DNA from: Thermoanaerobaculia bacterium
GTDB lineage: Bacteria > Acidobacteriota > Thermoanaerobaculia > UBA5066
Length of the DNA: 64,000 nucleotides
Direction of reading: 5' to 3'
NCBI GenBank assembly: GCA_963816185.1
Contig: CAWFJJ010000028.1
Location: 416,001-480,000 of the forward strand
Shown here: piece after piece, positions 47,780-57,852 of the stretch
How positions within the stretch are numbered: position 1 is the first letter of the stretch
Layout: each line of letters starts with the position of its first letter
Translations under genes and position numbers: made by a program
Notes under the pieces: generated by a model
Told to the model about the DNA's origin: nothing
The model's input: the letters and a program-made list of their open reading frames with translations, nothing else
Databases searched by the model: none

Positions 47780-49420
47780 TTGGGACTCGAACAGAAACTC
47801 TCGCTGAGGCTCTCGCAGCGGCTCGTCATGACGCCGACGTTGCAGCAGGCCATCAAGCTGCTGCAAATGACGCGCCTCGAGCTGCAGGACGTCGTGAACC
47901 AGGAGCTCGTCTCGAACCCGGTGCTCGAAGAGCAGGACCCCGAGAGCCCCGGCACGCCCGACGAGGATTCCGGCGCCGCCGAGACGCGCGAGCGAGAGCT
48001 CGCCGAGACGCCCGGCACAGGGCCCGGGAGCGCCGACGCCGGACCCGAGGAGGTCGAGGCCGTGCCGGAACCTGCCGCCGCAGGGGCTCCCGAGGCGGCC
48101 GCTCCCGAACCGGTCATCGAGGCGCCGTCCGAGACCCTGCAGGACGCGCTCGGGGACATCGATCTCGAGGCTTATTTCGGCGACTACATGGACTCGACCG
48201 CGACGGCGCCCCGGATGAGCGAGCAGGCCGAGGAGTTCTCGCTCGAGAATCGGGCCGATGCGCCGCCCGGCCTGGAAGCGCATCTCACGGAGCAGCTCGG
48301 CGTCTCGGACGCGCCTCCCGGCATACGGGCGGCCTGCGGATTCTTGATCGGAAATGTGGATCCCAACGGTTGCCTGCGGGTGACGCTCGACGAAGTGTGC
48401 GCCGCGGTACCTTGCGCGATGGAGACGGCCGAGAAGGCCCTCGCGCTCCTCCAGTCGTTCGACCCGTGCGGAGTCGGCGGGCGCGATCTCGCGGAGATCC
48501 TCCTCCTGCAGGCACGGGCGGCGAACATCGCGACGCCCCTTCTCGTGGAGCTCGTCACGCACCGTTTTGCGGAGCTCGGCTCGAAGCCCGCGGCCCTTCT
48601 CGCCCGGCAGATGAACGTGCCCGTCGAGGAGATCCAGCAGGCGCTGGACTGGATCCGAAGACTCGACCCGAAGCCCGGACGCGCGTACGACTCGTCCCGA
48701 ACGATCTACGTGGAGCCCGATGTGGCCGTCGTGAAGGTCGAAGACGAGTACATCGTCCTGTTCAACGACGACGGACTGCCGCGGCTGCGCGTTTCGGCGC
48801 TCTACCGGCGCATGCTGCTCGCGCGGGACGGCGCCCTCGACGGGGAGGGGAAGAGCTACCTCAGGGAGAAGATGCGCGCCGCGCAATGGCTCCTGAAGAG
48901 CCTCGACCAGAGAAAGCGCACGATCGTGCGCGTCGCCGAGTCGATCGTGAAGAAACAGCACGAGTTCTTCGACTACGGCGTCGCCTACCTCAAGCCCCTC
49001 GTCCTCCGCGACGTCGCCGAGGACATCGGCATGCACGAGTCGACCGTCTCGCGCGTCGTCTCGAACAAGTGGATGGCGACGCCGAGAGGCCTCGTCCCGA
49101 TGAAGTTCTTCTTCCACTCGGCGATCGCCTCGTCGATGGGGGAGGACGTGTCCTCCCTCGCCGTGAAAGGCAAGATCCGGAGCCTGGTCGAATCAGAGGA
49201 TCCCGCGCACCCGCTCTCGGACGCGCGCCTTGCCGAGCTGCTCTTGCGCGACGGAATTCGCATCGCGCGCCGCACGGTGGCGAAGTATCGTGAGGAGCTG
49301 CGCATTCCCGCGAGCTCGATCCGCCGCGTCGGCGAGCCTCTGCCCGTAGCCGAGGAGCACGAGGCGGAGCCCGAGCCGGCCGACGAGCCGCTCCCGGACG
49401 GCCCGCAGGAGGAATCATGA
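47780..49420 (+). CDS. rpoN: RNA polymerase sigma-54 factor
   Basis: LVMTPTLQQAIKLLQM, HESTVSRV, RpoN box ARRTVAKYRE. Confidence 0.97.
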   Translation: MGLEQKLSLRLSQRLVMTPTLQQAIKLLQMTRLELQDVVNQELVSNPVLEEQDPESPGTPDEDSGAAETRERELAETPGTGPGSADAGPEEVEAVPEPAAAGAPEAAAPEPVIEAPSETLQDALGDIDLEAYFGDYMDSTATAPRMSEQAEEFSLENRADAPPGLEAHLTEQLGVSDAPPGIRAACGFLIGNVDPNGCLRVTLDEVCAAVPCAMETAEKALALLQSFDPCGVGGRDLAEILLLQARAANIATPLLVELVTHRFAELGSKPAALLARQMNVPVEEIQQALDWIRRLDPKPGRAYDSSRTIYVEPDVAVVKVEDEYIVLFNDDGLPRLRVSALYRRMLLARDGALDGEGKSYLREKMRAAQWLLKSLDQRKRTIVRVAESIVKKQHEFFDYGVAYLKPLVLRDVAEDIGMHESTVSRVVSNKWMATPRGLVPMKFFFHSAIASSMGEDVSSLAVKGKIRSLVESEDPAHPLSDARLAELLLRDGIRIARRTVAKYREELRIPASSIRRVGEPLPVAEEHEAEPEPADEPLPDGPQEES

Positions 49421-49953
49421 AGACGACTTTCACGGCTCGGCACATCCGGCTCCACCCGCGCCTGCGCGACATCGTCCATACGAAGCTCGCGAAGCTCGAG
49501 CGCGTGCTGCCAGGTCGCGCCGAGGCGCGCGTCGTGGTCACCGGAGGCCGCAAGGACGTCGGGGTCGAAGTCACCGTCGCCGGACGCCGTGGCACGCTGA
49601 CCGCGTCCGCGCGCGCGGCGGACCAGCCGAGCGCCGCGCAGGACGTCATGGACCGGGTCGCCGCTCAAGTGGTCAAGACGAACACGAAGGTGAAGGGCGT
49701 GAAGAAGCGGATGCCGTCCGCGGTGCGGAGCCCCGCGGTCTGGCCCGCCGAGCAGAGCGCGGAGCCTGGGATGGCCGTCGAGCCGCGGCGCGAGACGTTC
49801 GCCCCTCGCGCGATGTTCGAGGAAGACGCCCTCACCGCGTTCGCGGCCTCGCGTCGCGAGGTCCTCGTTTTCCGCGATCCGGCGTTCGACAACGCCATTC
49901 GCTTCCTTTATCGCCGCCGCGACGGGACCCTCGGGCTGGTCGTCCCCGAGTAG
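49417..49953 (+). CDS. hpf: Ribosome hibernation factor (long HPF/RaiA-like, divergent)
   Basis: TARHI..KLAKLER N-terminus; FLYRRRDGTLGLV C-terminus; follows rpoN. Confidence 0.75.
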   Translation: MKTTFTARHIRLHPRLRDIVHTKLAKLERVLPGRAEARVVVTGGRKDVGVEVTVAGRRGTLTASARAADQPSAAQDVMDRVAAQVVKTNTKVKGVKKRMPSAVRSPAVWPAEQSAEPGMAVEPRRETFAPRAMFEEDALTAFAASRREVLVFRDPAFDNAIRFLYRRRDGTLGLVVPE

Positions 49954-49956
49954 ATC

Positions 49957-50979
49957 ATGCAAGACCAGGCTGGCACGAAGCCTTCGCTGCACGCTGGCGA
50001 CTTGCAGTCGACCGCTCTTGCGTCCCTCGGCCTCAAGCTCGTCGCGGGACACAAGGGCCTCGACCGACCCATCGAGTGGCCGCGCGTGCAGAAGCCCGGC
50101 CTCGCGATCGCCGGTTTCACGGACTACGTGAAGGCGAACCGCGTCCAGATTCTCGGCGAGAGCGAGTTCGCTTTCCTGAAGACTCTTCCGGCGGGAATCA
50201 TGCGCGAGCGCCTCGATGCGTTCACGGCGCTTCCGATGGCCTGTGTCGTGGTCACGAAGGGAATCGACCCCGGTCCGGTCCTCACGAACTTCTGCCGCCG
50301 GCGCCGCGTCCCGCTCTTCGTGACGGCGCGCATGACGAGCATCGTCATCGAGGCCCTGGCCGCATTTCTCGAGGAGTCGCTCGCGCCGCGCGCGACTCTC
50401 CACGGCGTCCTCCTCGAGGTCGGCGGCCTCGGGACGCTCCTCCTCGGCGAGTCGGGCGTCGGCAAGAGCGAGTGCGCCCTCGCCCTCGTCCAACGCGGAC
50501 ACCGGCTCGTGGCAGACGACCTCGTCGTCATCCAGCGCTTCCCGAACGACGTCCTCATCGGCTCCTCGTCCGGGCTCATCCGCCATCACATGGAGCTGCG
50601 CGGCCTCGGCATCGTGAACGTTCCCATGCTCTTCGGCGTCGCGGCCGTCCTCGAGAGGCACACCGTCGAGTTCGTCATTCAGCTGACCGACTGGGATTCG
50701 CAGCAGAAGATCGACCGCCTCGGGCTGGACGAGGAGTTCGAGGACATCCTCGGAGTCGCCGTGCCGCGCGTGAAGATGCCGGTCGCGACGGGGCGAGACG
50801 TCGCTCTCCTCGTGGAGATCGCGGCCCGAAATCAGCTCCTCAAGCGGCGCGGCTTCAACGCGGCGCGCGAGATCGCCGCGAAAGTGCACGACGAGATCGC
50901 CCGGAAGGCCGCGTCCGATCGCTTCACGATCGCGAGGCGGACCCGACGAAAGATCTCCGCGCGCGAGAGGGCGCGGTGA
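49957..50979 (+). CDS. hprK: HPr kinase/phosphorylase
   Basis: QKPGLAIAG, HGVLLEV.G.GTLLLGESGVGKSECAL, GHRLVADD, HMELRGLGI. Confidence 0.95.
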   Translation: MQDQAGTKPSLHAGDLQSTALASLGLKLVAGHKGLDRPIEWPRVQKPGLAIAGFTDYVKANRVQILGESEFAFLKTLPAGIMRERLDAFTALPMACVVVTKGIDPGPVLTNFCRRRRVPLFVTARMTSIVIEALAAFLEESLAPRATLHGVLLEVGGLGTLLLGESGVGKSECALALVQRGHRLVADDLVVIQRFPNDVLIGSSSGLIRHHMELRGLGIVNVPMLFGVAAVLERHTVEFVIQLTDWDSQQKIDRLGLDEEFEDILGVAVPRVKMPVATGRDVALLVEIAARNQLLKRRGFNAAREIAAKVHDEIARKAASDRFTIARRTRRKISARERAR

Positions 50980-51845
50980 CGGGAAGCGCGACGCGCCTCG
51001 TCGTCGCCACGGGACTATCCGGCTCCGGGAAGTCGCTCGTCGCTCACGCCCTCGAGGACATCGGCTACACGACGGTCGACAATCTCCCGCTCTCGCTGCT
51101 CGAGGAGTTCGCCGGAGGGGTCGCCGCGGGCCGCATGCCGCGGCAGAAGAATGCCGTCATCCTCGATGTGCGCAATCCGGACTTTGCGGAGCATTTTCCC
51201 GGGCTCCTCGAGAAGCTTCGCCAGCGCCTTCCGATCACGGTGCTCTTTCTCGACTGCGAGGACCGCGCGCTCCTGAACCGTTTCTCGGCGACACGCAGAC
51301 CGCACCCGCTCGCGGACGGGCGCTCTCTCGGCGAAGCCGTCGCCTTCGAGAGACGCCTCCTGGCCGAGGTGAAGGCGCGGTCCGACCTCGTGATCGACAC
51401 GACGGCGATGACGGTGCACGAGCTCCGGGCTGCGGTCGCGCAGCACTTCCGCGATCCGGGAGATCCCGGCGTTCTCGCCGTGTCGCTCGTCTCCTTCGGC
51501 TTCAAGCACGGATATCCCGCCGCCCTCGACCTGTGCTTCGACGTGCGTTTTCTCGCGAATCCGCATTTCGACGCGCGCCTGAGGTCTCGAACGGGCCGCG
51601 ACGGAGAGGTCGCACGCTTCATCGAAGCGGGAGAGCAGACCGCGCCGTTCTACGCGCACCTCAAGGAGTTTCTCGGCTTCTGCCTTCCGAACTACCGCAG
51701 CGAGAACCGCGCCTATCTCACGATCGGGATCGGGTGCACCGGAGGCCGGCACCGGTCGGTCTACGTCGCCGAGCGCCTCGCGCGGGATCTCGCCGCGATG
51801 GGCTATCCGGTGCGCGTCTCGCATCGGGACGAGGCGCTCGACTGA
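50976..51845 (+). CDS. rapZ: RNase adapter RapZ
   Basis: TGLSGSGKS, VDNLP, SFGFKHG, FDVRFLANP, IGCTGGRHRSV. Confidence 0.95.
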   Translation: MTGSATRLVVATGLSGSGKSLVAHALEDIGYTTVDNLPLSLLEEFAGGVAAGRMPRQKNAVILDVRNPDFAEHFPGLLEKLRQRLPITVLFLDCEDRALLNRFSATRRPHPLADGRSLGEAVAFERRLLAEVKARSDLVIDTTAMTVHELRAAVAQHFRDPGDPGVLAVSLVSFGFKHGYPAALDLCFDVRFLANPHFDARLRSRTGRDGEVARFIEAGEQTAPFYAHLKEFLGFCLPNYRSENRAYLTIGIGCTGGRHRSVYVAERLARDLAAMGYPVRVSHRDEALD

Positions 51846-51847
51846 GG

Positions 51848-52294
51848 ATGAAGACGCCGGCCGGCCCCGTCGTGGGCCTCCTCCTCCTGTCGCACGGACC
51901 GCTCGCGAACGCGCTCCGCGAGACGGTGCACATGCTCGAACCCGAGGAGCCGGACGACCTCGGCGCCCTGTCGCTCGCATGGGACGAGTCGCCCGAGTCG
52001 GCGAGCCGCCGCCTCGAGAAGGCGATCTCCGAAGCCAACGGCGGGAAAGGCGTCGTGCTGCTGACGGACATGTTCGGCGGCACACCCTCGAACCTGGCGC
52101 TCGCGTTCCTCGAGCCCGGAACGATCGAGATCGTCTCGGGGATCAACCTTCCGATGGTCGTGAAGGCGCGCGCCCTCGCGCGCGAAGGCAAGAGCCCGCG
52201 CGAGATCGCGCACACGCTCGTCGAGCGCGGGCGCCGCGCCATCGTGGCGGCCGCCGAGCTCGTGGACGGCCCCCACGGGGGGCCTCATCGGTGA
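51848..52294 (+). CDS. PTS EIIA component, mannose/fructose family
   Basis: LLSHG, LTDMFGGTPSN, GINLPM. Confidence 0.92.
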   Translation: MKTPAGPVVGLLLLSHGPLANALRETVHMLEPEEPDDLGALSLAWDESPESASRRLEKAISEANGGKGVVLLTDMFGGTPSNLALAFLEPGTIEIVSGINLPMVVKARALAREGKSPREIAHTLVERGRRAIVAAAELVDGPHGGPHR

Positions 52295-52560
52295 AGGAGG
52301 AGACCCTCACGCTCAAGAACCGGCTCGGCCTGCACGCGCGCGCCGCGGCAAAGCTCGTCCATGCCGCTTCCTCGTTCGACGCGAAGGTCTCCCTCTCGCG
52401 GGACGGCGAGGAAGTGGACGGCAAGAGCATCCTGGGCCTCTTGCTTCTCGCGGCCGGCAAGGGCACGCCGCTCCACGTGCGCGTAGAGGGAAGCGACGAG
52501 GAGCAGGCTCTCGCGGCCCTCCGCGACCTCGTGGACCGCAAGTTCGACGAGGCGGATTAG
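52291..52560 (+). CDS. ptsH: Phosphocarrier protein HPr
   Basis: NRLGLHARAAAK (His15), DGKSILGLL (Ser46). Confidence 0.95.
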   Translation: MKEETLTLKNRLGLHARAAAKLVHAASSFDAKVSLSRDGEEVDGKSILGLLLLAAGKGTPLHVRVEGSDEEQALAALRDLVDRKFDEAD

Positions 52561-52600
52561 GAAGGGGGCGAATCCTCCTGACCCTCGTTACAATAGGAAG

Positions 52601-54367
52601 GTGAAGCGTTCCCTATCGCTGACAGGAATTCCCGTGTCGCCCGGCGTCGCCATCGGGCGTGCCGTGCTCTGGGTCTCGCGAGAGGACTCCGCGCCGAAGC
52701 GGACTCTCGAGGCGGAGGAGATCGGGCCCGAGATCGAGCGGTTCCGCCGGGCGGCCGAGGCGGCGGTCCACGAGATCGAGTCCATGGCCCGCCACGTGAA
52801 AGACAGCCTTGGCGCCGAGTACGCCGGGATCTTCCAGGCGCACGCCTTGTTCCTGAAGGACCACGCCTTTCTCGGACCGATCGAGCGCCGAATCGTGCAC
52901 GAGAAAGTCAATGCGGAATGGGCGGTCGCCGAAACGACGGCCGACCTGTCCGCGCGCTTCCGGGGCCTGCCCGACGAGAACTTCGCGCATAGCGCGGCCG
53001 ATATCGACGATGTGGCGCGGACCCTGAAGAAACATCTCGGCGGAGAAGAGTACTCGCGCTTGAGGATGGAGGACCTCGTGGGAGAGGCGATCGTGCTCGT
53101 GGCGGACGAGCTCACGCCGTCCGACGCCGTGCGCATCCCACGCGACCGCGTCGTCGGGTTCGTGACGGAGCGCGGCGGACGCACGTCCCACGCCGCGATC
53201 CTCGCGCGCTCCTTCGGAATTCCCGCGGTCGTCGGCGTGCCGCGGCTCCTCGCGGAAGTCGGGGAGGGCGACCGCGTCGTGGTCGACGGCCGGGACGGTC
53301 TCGTCTGGCGCGAGCCGTCCGAGAGCGTCGTCGCGTTCTTCCGCGAGCGCCGCGACCAGGAGGCGCGCCACGAGCGGTCGCTCAAGGAGCGAAGCCACGA
53401 CGCCATCACCCGCACGCACGACGGCGCCGAGGTTTTCGTGCGCGCGAACATCGAGCTCGCGAACGAAATCAGTGACGTTCTGGAATACGGGGCCGACGGG
53501 GTTGGCCTGTTCCGATCGGAGTTTCTCTACCTTTCCAAGGCGGGAGACGAGTTTCCCTCGGAAGAAGAGCAGTCGCTTGTCTATCAACAAGTCCTCGCCG
53601 GGCTCGCGCCCCGCCTCGTCGTGATCCGGACGTACGACCTCGGCGGCAAAAAAGGGGCCCGGCATCTCGTCGGGCCCGGCGAGGTCAATCCGGTTCTCGG
53701 TCTTCGGGGCGTGCGCTTGTGCATCGCGCGGCCGGAGATGTTCTCCACGCAGCTCCGTGCCCTGCTGGCCGCCGCCTCCTCAGGCAACCTCCGCATCCTC
53801 GTCCCGATGGTCTCGAGCGTCGAGGAGATACGCCGAGTGCGCGTTCTCCTGAAGGAGGCCCGGCAGGACGTGCTCGAGCGAGGCATCGCCGTTCCCGACG
53901 ACATCCCGCTCGGAGCGATGATCGAGGTTCCCTCTGCCGCGATGATCGCCGACCTGCTCGCACCCGAGGTGGACTTCCTCGCTCTCGGGACGAACGATCT
54001 CATCCAGTACACGCTCGCCGTGGACCGTGCGAACGAGACGGTCTCGAACCTGTTCCGGCCGACGCACCCCGCGGTGCTGCGCCTCGTGGCACGGGTCGCC
54101 GACGCGGCGCTGAGCGCCGAGAAGCCGCTCTCCGTGTGCGGTGAGATGGCGGCGGACCCCGCCCTCGTCCTCCTGTTTCTCGGCCTCGGCATTCGGGAGT
54201 TCTCGATGGGGCCGCGCACGGTCCCGGTGGTGAAGGAGTTCCTGCGCGGCATTTCCACCCGGGACGCCGAGCGCGTCGCCCGCGCCGCGCTCTCCATGTC
54301 GACCGCGGACGAGGTCTCGTCGTTCCTCGCCCAGGAGCTGGGCGACCTCACCATGGTGCGTGCTTGA
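52601..54367 (+). CDS. ptsI: PEP-protein phosphotransferase (Enzyme I)
   Basis: GGRTSHAAILAR, GVGLFRSEFL, NPVLGLRG, GTNDLIQY, CGEMA. Confidence 0.96.
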   Translation: MKRSLSLTGIPVSPGVAIGRAVLWVSREDSAPKRTLEAEEIGPEIERFRRAAEAAVHEIESMARHVKDSLGAEYAGIFQAHALFLKDHAFLGPIERRIVHEKVNAEWAVAETTADLSARFRGLPDENFAHSAADIDDVARTLKKHLGGEEYSRLRMEDLVGEAIVLVADELTPSDAVRIPRDRVVGFVTERGGRTSHAAILARSFGIPAVVGVPRLLAEVGEGDRVVVDGRDGLVWREPSESVVAFFRERRDQEARHERSLKERSHDAITRTHDGAEVFVRANIELANEISDVLEYGADGVGLFRSEFLYLSKAGDEFPSEEEQSLVYQQVLAGLAPRLVVIRTYDLGGKKGARHLVGPGEVNPVLGLRGVRLCIARPEMFSTQLRALLAAASSGNLRILVPMVSSVEEIRRVRVLLKEARQDVLERGIAVPDDIPLGAMIEVPSAAMIADLLAPEVDFLALGTNDLIQYTLAVDRANETVSNLFRPTHPAVLRLVARVADAALSAEKPLSVCGEMAADPALVLLFLGLGIREFSMGPRTVPVVKEFLRGISTRDAERVARAALSMSTADEVSSFLAQELGDLTMVRA

Positions 54368-54747
54368 AAAAGCCCTTGGGAGTCGGCCGCCCGCGGATCG
54401 TTCCGAAGCCGTGGGGCGAGGAGCGCATCTTCGCCGAAACGGGGCGCTACGCCGGCAAGCTGATCCTCATCCGGGCCGGCGAGTCGCTCTCGTACCAGTA
54501 CCACGTTCGAAAGGAAGAGACCGTTCACGTCCTCGAGGGAACCCTCGGACTCGAGGTCGAGAGAGCCGGGGAGAAAGCCGACCTCCGCCTCGTTCCCGGA
54601 GAGACGTTTCACGTGGACCCCGGGACCCGACACCGGATGTACGCGGCCGAAGCCGACTGCCTCGTCGTCGAGGTCTCGACGCCGGAGCTCGACGACGTGG
54701 TCCGGCTCGCCGACCGTTACGGGCGGGAAGGAACATCGACGCCATGA
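54364..54747 (+). CDS. Cupin domain protein (mannose-6-phosphate isomerase type II C-terminal-like)
   Basis: KPWGEE, LSYQYH..KEET, HRM, EVSTPELDDVVRLADRYGR. Confidence 0.88.
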   Translation: MKKPLGVGRPRIVPKPWGEERIFAETGRYAGKLILIRAGESLSYQYHVRKEETVHVLEGTLGLEVERAGEKADLRLVPGETFHVDPGTRHRMYAAEADCLVVEVSTPELDDVVRLADRYGREGTSTP

Positions 54748-55466
54748 ATCGAACCGTGCGTGAGACGTTGATCTCGGTCGCGGCCGTCGCCACCCTCGCT
54801 CTCGCGGCCAGCGCCGCGCAGGACCCGGCGCTCTCGGGCATGGCCCCCGAACCCACTCCCGCCTCCGCAACGTCTCACACTCCGGTCCCGACCGCGGCCG
54901 CGAGCACCCTTTCCGGAGGGAGGGCCGAGACGCCGGGAACGAGACGTGGAAGCTCGCTTGCGGACGTCGTGAAGCTCTCCAGGGAAGCGCGTAAGGGTCA
55001 GCCGCCGAAGAAATCCCTTGGAACGATCACGAACGACAACCTGAGAAAGGGCGGCTCGCCGACACCGACTCCCAAGGGGGCGGCAGCCAAGAGTCCTTCG
55101 GGCAAGGCCGCCGGGAAGGAGGGCCCGACGGCGGTTCCCTCGCCGAACGCCACCCCTTACGTCGCTCGCGACGACAAGGGGCGAAGTGAAGCCGACTGGA
55201 GGAGCCTCGTGGAGCACGCGAAAGCGGCCGTCGATTACGGCGAAGTGCGCGTGCGCGAGCTGGACACGAAGGCGAAGCAGCTCGAGAACGACTTCTACGC
55301 GATGAGCGACGGCAACAGGCGCGACGCCGTGGTCAAGCCTGCCTGGGACAAGGCGCGCGAAGACCTCGCGAAGGCTCGTCAGGAGCTCGAGGACGCCCGC
55401 AAGGCCTTCGACGACCTCTCCGAGGAGGCTCGCAAGTCGAACACGCCTCCGGGCTGGCTGCGGTAG
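54744..55466 (+). CDS. Hypothetical secreted protein with a coiled-coil C-terminus
   Basis: Signal peptide; P/T/A-rich linker; ITNDNL; ends EEARK..PPGWLR. Confidence 0.65.
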   Translation: MNRTVRETLISVAAVATLALAASAAQDPALSGMAPEPTPASATSHTPVPTAAASTLSGGRAETPGTRRGSSLADVVKLSREARKGQPPKKSLGTITNDNLRKGGSPTPTPKGAAAKSPSGKAAGKEGPTAVPSPNATPYVARDDKGRSEADWRSLVEHAKAAVDYGEVRVRELDTKAKQLENDFYAMSDGNRRDAVVKPAWDKAREDLAKARQELEDARKAFDDLSEEARKSNTPPGWLR

Positions 55467-55712
55467 GAAACGGGAGAGGGACCGAATGAATTTTCTTAGA
55501 AAGGGTGAGGGAGAAGGTGTCCGCACGAGGCGGGGGCGTACTTCGTGCGCCGGCGTCACCCGAGCCCTATTCATTTTCTAAGCAAAATCTTTCTCTTTTC
55601 GAACCCTTGTGTTAGGAGCTCTTGTGCCGCTGGGCTGTGTCCCGCCAGTGAGTCGCGGCCGCGGCCTCTTTCCTCTCGTACCCTTCTAAGAATCTTCTCT
55701 TTCTCCTCCTGC
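55467..55712. repeat. Cluster of TTCTTAGAA-family repeats upstream of miaB
   Basis: TTCTTAGAA 55493, TTCTAAGCA 55576, TTCTAAGAA 55684, with purine/pyrimidine flanks. Confidence 0.75.
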
Positions 55713-55724
55713 TAAGCTCGCAAG

Positions 55725-57152
55725 GTGAGCGTACCCCCGTCCCGCAGCCCGGCCCGAAGCGTCTTCGTCGAGACGTGGGGCTGCCAGATGAACGTCCTCG
55801 ACGGGCGGCGCTTCGTCGGACTCCTCGCTCGCGAAGGATTTTCCGAAGCGACATCTCCCGAGGAAGCAGACGTCATCCTCCTGAACACGTGCTCGGTTCG
55901 CGACAAGGCCGAGCAGAAAGTTTACGACCGGCTCGGGCGCCTCGCGAAGATCAAGCGCGAACGCCCGGAAACTGTGCTCGGCGTCTGCGGCTGCGTCGCG
56001 CAGCAGGAAGGGGAGAGGCTCCTCGAACGCCTGTCGCAGGTCGACTTCGTGCTCGGGACGGGACGCATCGAGGCCCTGCCGGCGGTCCTGCGCCGCGTCG
56101 AGGAGGAGGACGACAGGCCCTGCGAGACGGGCTTCGACCCGGACGAGGTCGTCTACACGCCCGCTGCGATCGCACGCTCGGTGCCGTACCGCGCCGCGAT
56201 CACGGTCATCGAGGGCTGCAACAAGAACTGCACGTTCTGCGTCGTTCCGCGCACGCGCGGGCGCGAGCGCAATCGCCGGCTTCGCGACATCGTGGACGAG
56301 TCCCGCCGCCTGCTCGGCGAGGGAGCCCTGGAGATCGAGCTCCTCGGACAGACCGTGAACGCGTTCCGTGATCCGGAAACCGGCGAGGACCTCGCGGACC
56401 TTCTCCGCGCGGTCGGTGCGCTGCCGGGACTTCGGCGCCTGCGCTTCGTGACGTCCCACCCGCGGAATTTCTCCGCCCGCCTCACCGCGGCGATGGCAGA
56501 CACTCCCGCGGTCGTCCCCGCCTTGCACCTGCCGGTCCAGTCCGGCTCCGACGCGGTGCTGCGCCGCATGAAGCGCCAGTACACGCGCGCGGAATATCTC
56601 GACCTCGTGGCGTCGCTTCGCGACGCCATCCCGGACCTTGCGCTCTCGACCGACGTCATCGTGGGCTTCCCGGGCGAGACGGACGACGACTTCGCGGCGA
56701 CGCTCTCTCTGCTCGAAGAGGTGAGATTCGCCGGCGTCTTCTCCTTCACGTATTCGCCTCGGCCCCGAACTGCCGCGCTCCACTGGGAACACGATGTCAC
56801 GCCGGGAAAGGCATCCGGCCGGCTTGCGCGGCTCATGTCCATTCAGCAGGAGATCCAGAGGCAGTTGAACCGCGAGATGGAGGGACGAACGCTGGACGTG
56901 CTCGTCGAGGGTCTCGACAGAAAGAGGCTCTTCAGCTCGGGCCGCTCCCGCTGCAACCGCGTCGTGAACATCGCGGGGGAGTCCGCGCTGCAGCCGGGCA
57001 CTCTCGTGAACGTACGAATCGAGCGGGGATTTCCGAATTCTCTGCTCGGAAGGATTAAGAGAATCGAAGAGAGAGATTTTCTTAGAAAGCCTTCGCATGA
57101 GCGGCCGTCCCAATGCGGCGAGGCCGGTTCGGTTCTCCCGGGCACCTTCTAA
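55725..57152 (+). CDS. miaB: tRNA-2-methylthio-N6-dimethylallyladenosine synthase
   Basis: TWGCQMN, LNTCSVRDKAE, GCNKNCTFCVVP, HLPVQSGS, IVGFPGET, YSPRP; TRAM domain. Confidence 0.96.
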   Translation: MSVPPSRSPARSVFVETWGCQMNVLDGRRFVGLLAREGFSEATSPEEADVILLNTCSVRDKAEQKVYDRLGRLAKIKRERPETVLGVCGCVAQQEGERLLERLSQVDFVLGTGRIEALPAVLRRVEEEDDRPCETGFDPDEVVYTPAAIARSVPYRAAITVIEGCNKNCTFCVVPRTRGRERNRRLRDIVDESRRLLGEGALEIELLGQTVNAFRDPETGEDLADLLRAVGALPGLRRLRFVTSHPRNFSARLTAAMADTPAVVPALHLPVQSGSDAVLRRMKRQYTRAEYLDLVASLRDAIPDLALSTDVIVGFPGETDDDFAATLSLLEEVRFAGVFSFTYSPRPRTAALHWEHDVTPGKASGRLARLMSIQQEIQRQLNREMEGRTLDVLVEGLDRKRLFSSGRSRCNRVVNIAGESALQPGTLVNVRIERGFPNSLLGRIKRIEERDFLRKPSHERPSQCGEAGSVLPGTF

Positions 57153-57185
57153 GAAATCCTCGGTTGTCTCCTTCTGGAAATCTCC
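57062..57185. repeat. Inverted repeat pair forming the miaB 3' end
   Basis: TTCTTAGAA 57079 and TTCTAAGAA 57147 (which supplies the stop). CGGGCACCTTCTAAGAAA is the reverse complement of 62031-62048. Confidence 0.8.
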
Positions 57186-57294
57186 TGTAATTCGTTCTAA
57201 AACAAGAAGTTAATGGCATGAGAAGGCTCATGGATCAAGGGCTCTTCCTTGCTTTATCCCGGTTTCCTCCCTAGATTGATAACGGAGAAGTCGT

Positions 57295-57780
57295 GTGAGC
57301 ATCAAGATGGACGTGAAAGCGCTGATCGTCGACCCGATCGCAAACATGCCGGTCGTGATCTTGCGCGACGAGGAAGAGAAGAATTTCCTGCCGATCTGGG
57401 TTGGAGTCTTCGAGGCAAACGCCATCGCGCTTCAGATGGAAGGCGTCACCACGCCCCGGCCGATGACTCACGATCTCTTGAAGAATCTCATCATACAGAT
57501 CGAGGGCGACGTGCAGCGAGTCGTCATCAACAGCCTCAAGGAAAACACGTTCTACGCCCAGATCCACCTCAGGGTCGCCAACAAGGACGTCCTCGTCGAC
57601 AGCCGGCCGTCGGATGCGATCGCACTGGCTCTCCGGCTCCAGGCGCCCGTCTTCGTCGAGGAGGCCGTCCTCGAGATGAGCCGGAACGGAGAAGACACCG
57701 CGGAAGCACAGAACGCGGAGCGCCTGAGAAAATGGCTCGAGGAAGCGGATCCGGACACTCTCGGCAAATACAGGATGTGA
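57295..57780 (+). CDS. Bifunctional nuclease family protein (DUF151)
   Basis: LPIWVGVFEANAI, PRPMTHDLL, FYA, DSRPSDAIALA. Confidence 0.93.
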   Translation: MSIKMDVKALIVDPIANMPVVILRDEEEKNFLPIWVGVFEANAIALQMEGVTTPRPMTHDLLKNLIIQIEGDVQRVVINSLKENTFYAQIHLRVANKDVLVDSRPSDAIALALRLQAPVFVEEAVLEMSRNGEDTAEAQNAERLRKWLEEADPDTLGKYRM

Positions 57781-57852
57781 TTTTCGCCGCGGGACGAACG
57801 ATTCGTCCTTGAAGCCTCCGCGCCCCCTCCGTATCATTCGCGTCGCCGGCGC

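Noticed and set aside
54605-54620. parS-like CGTTTCACGTGGACCC
   Set aside because: Only 13 of 16 positions match TGTTTCACGTGGAACA, the right arm is broken, it is single-copy, and F-H-V codons in the cupin explain it.
57190-57260. Sigma-54 promoter upstream of DUF151-parAB (TGGCATG)
   Set aside because: No TTGC at the required -12 spacing.
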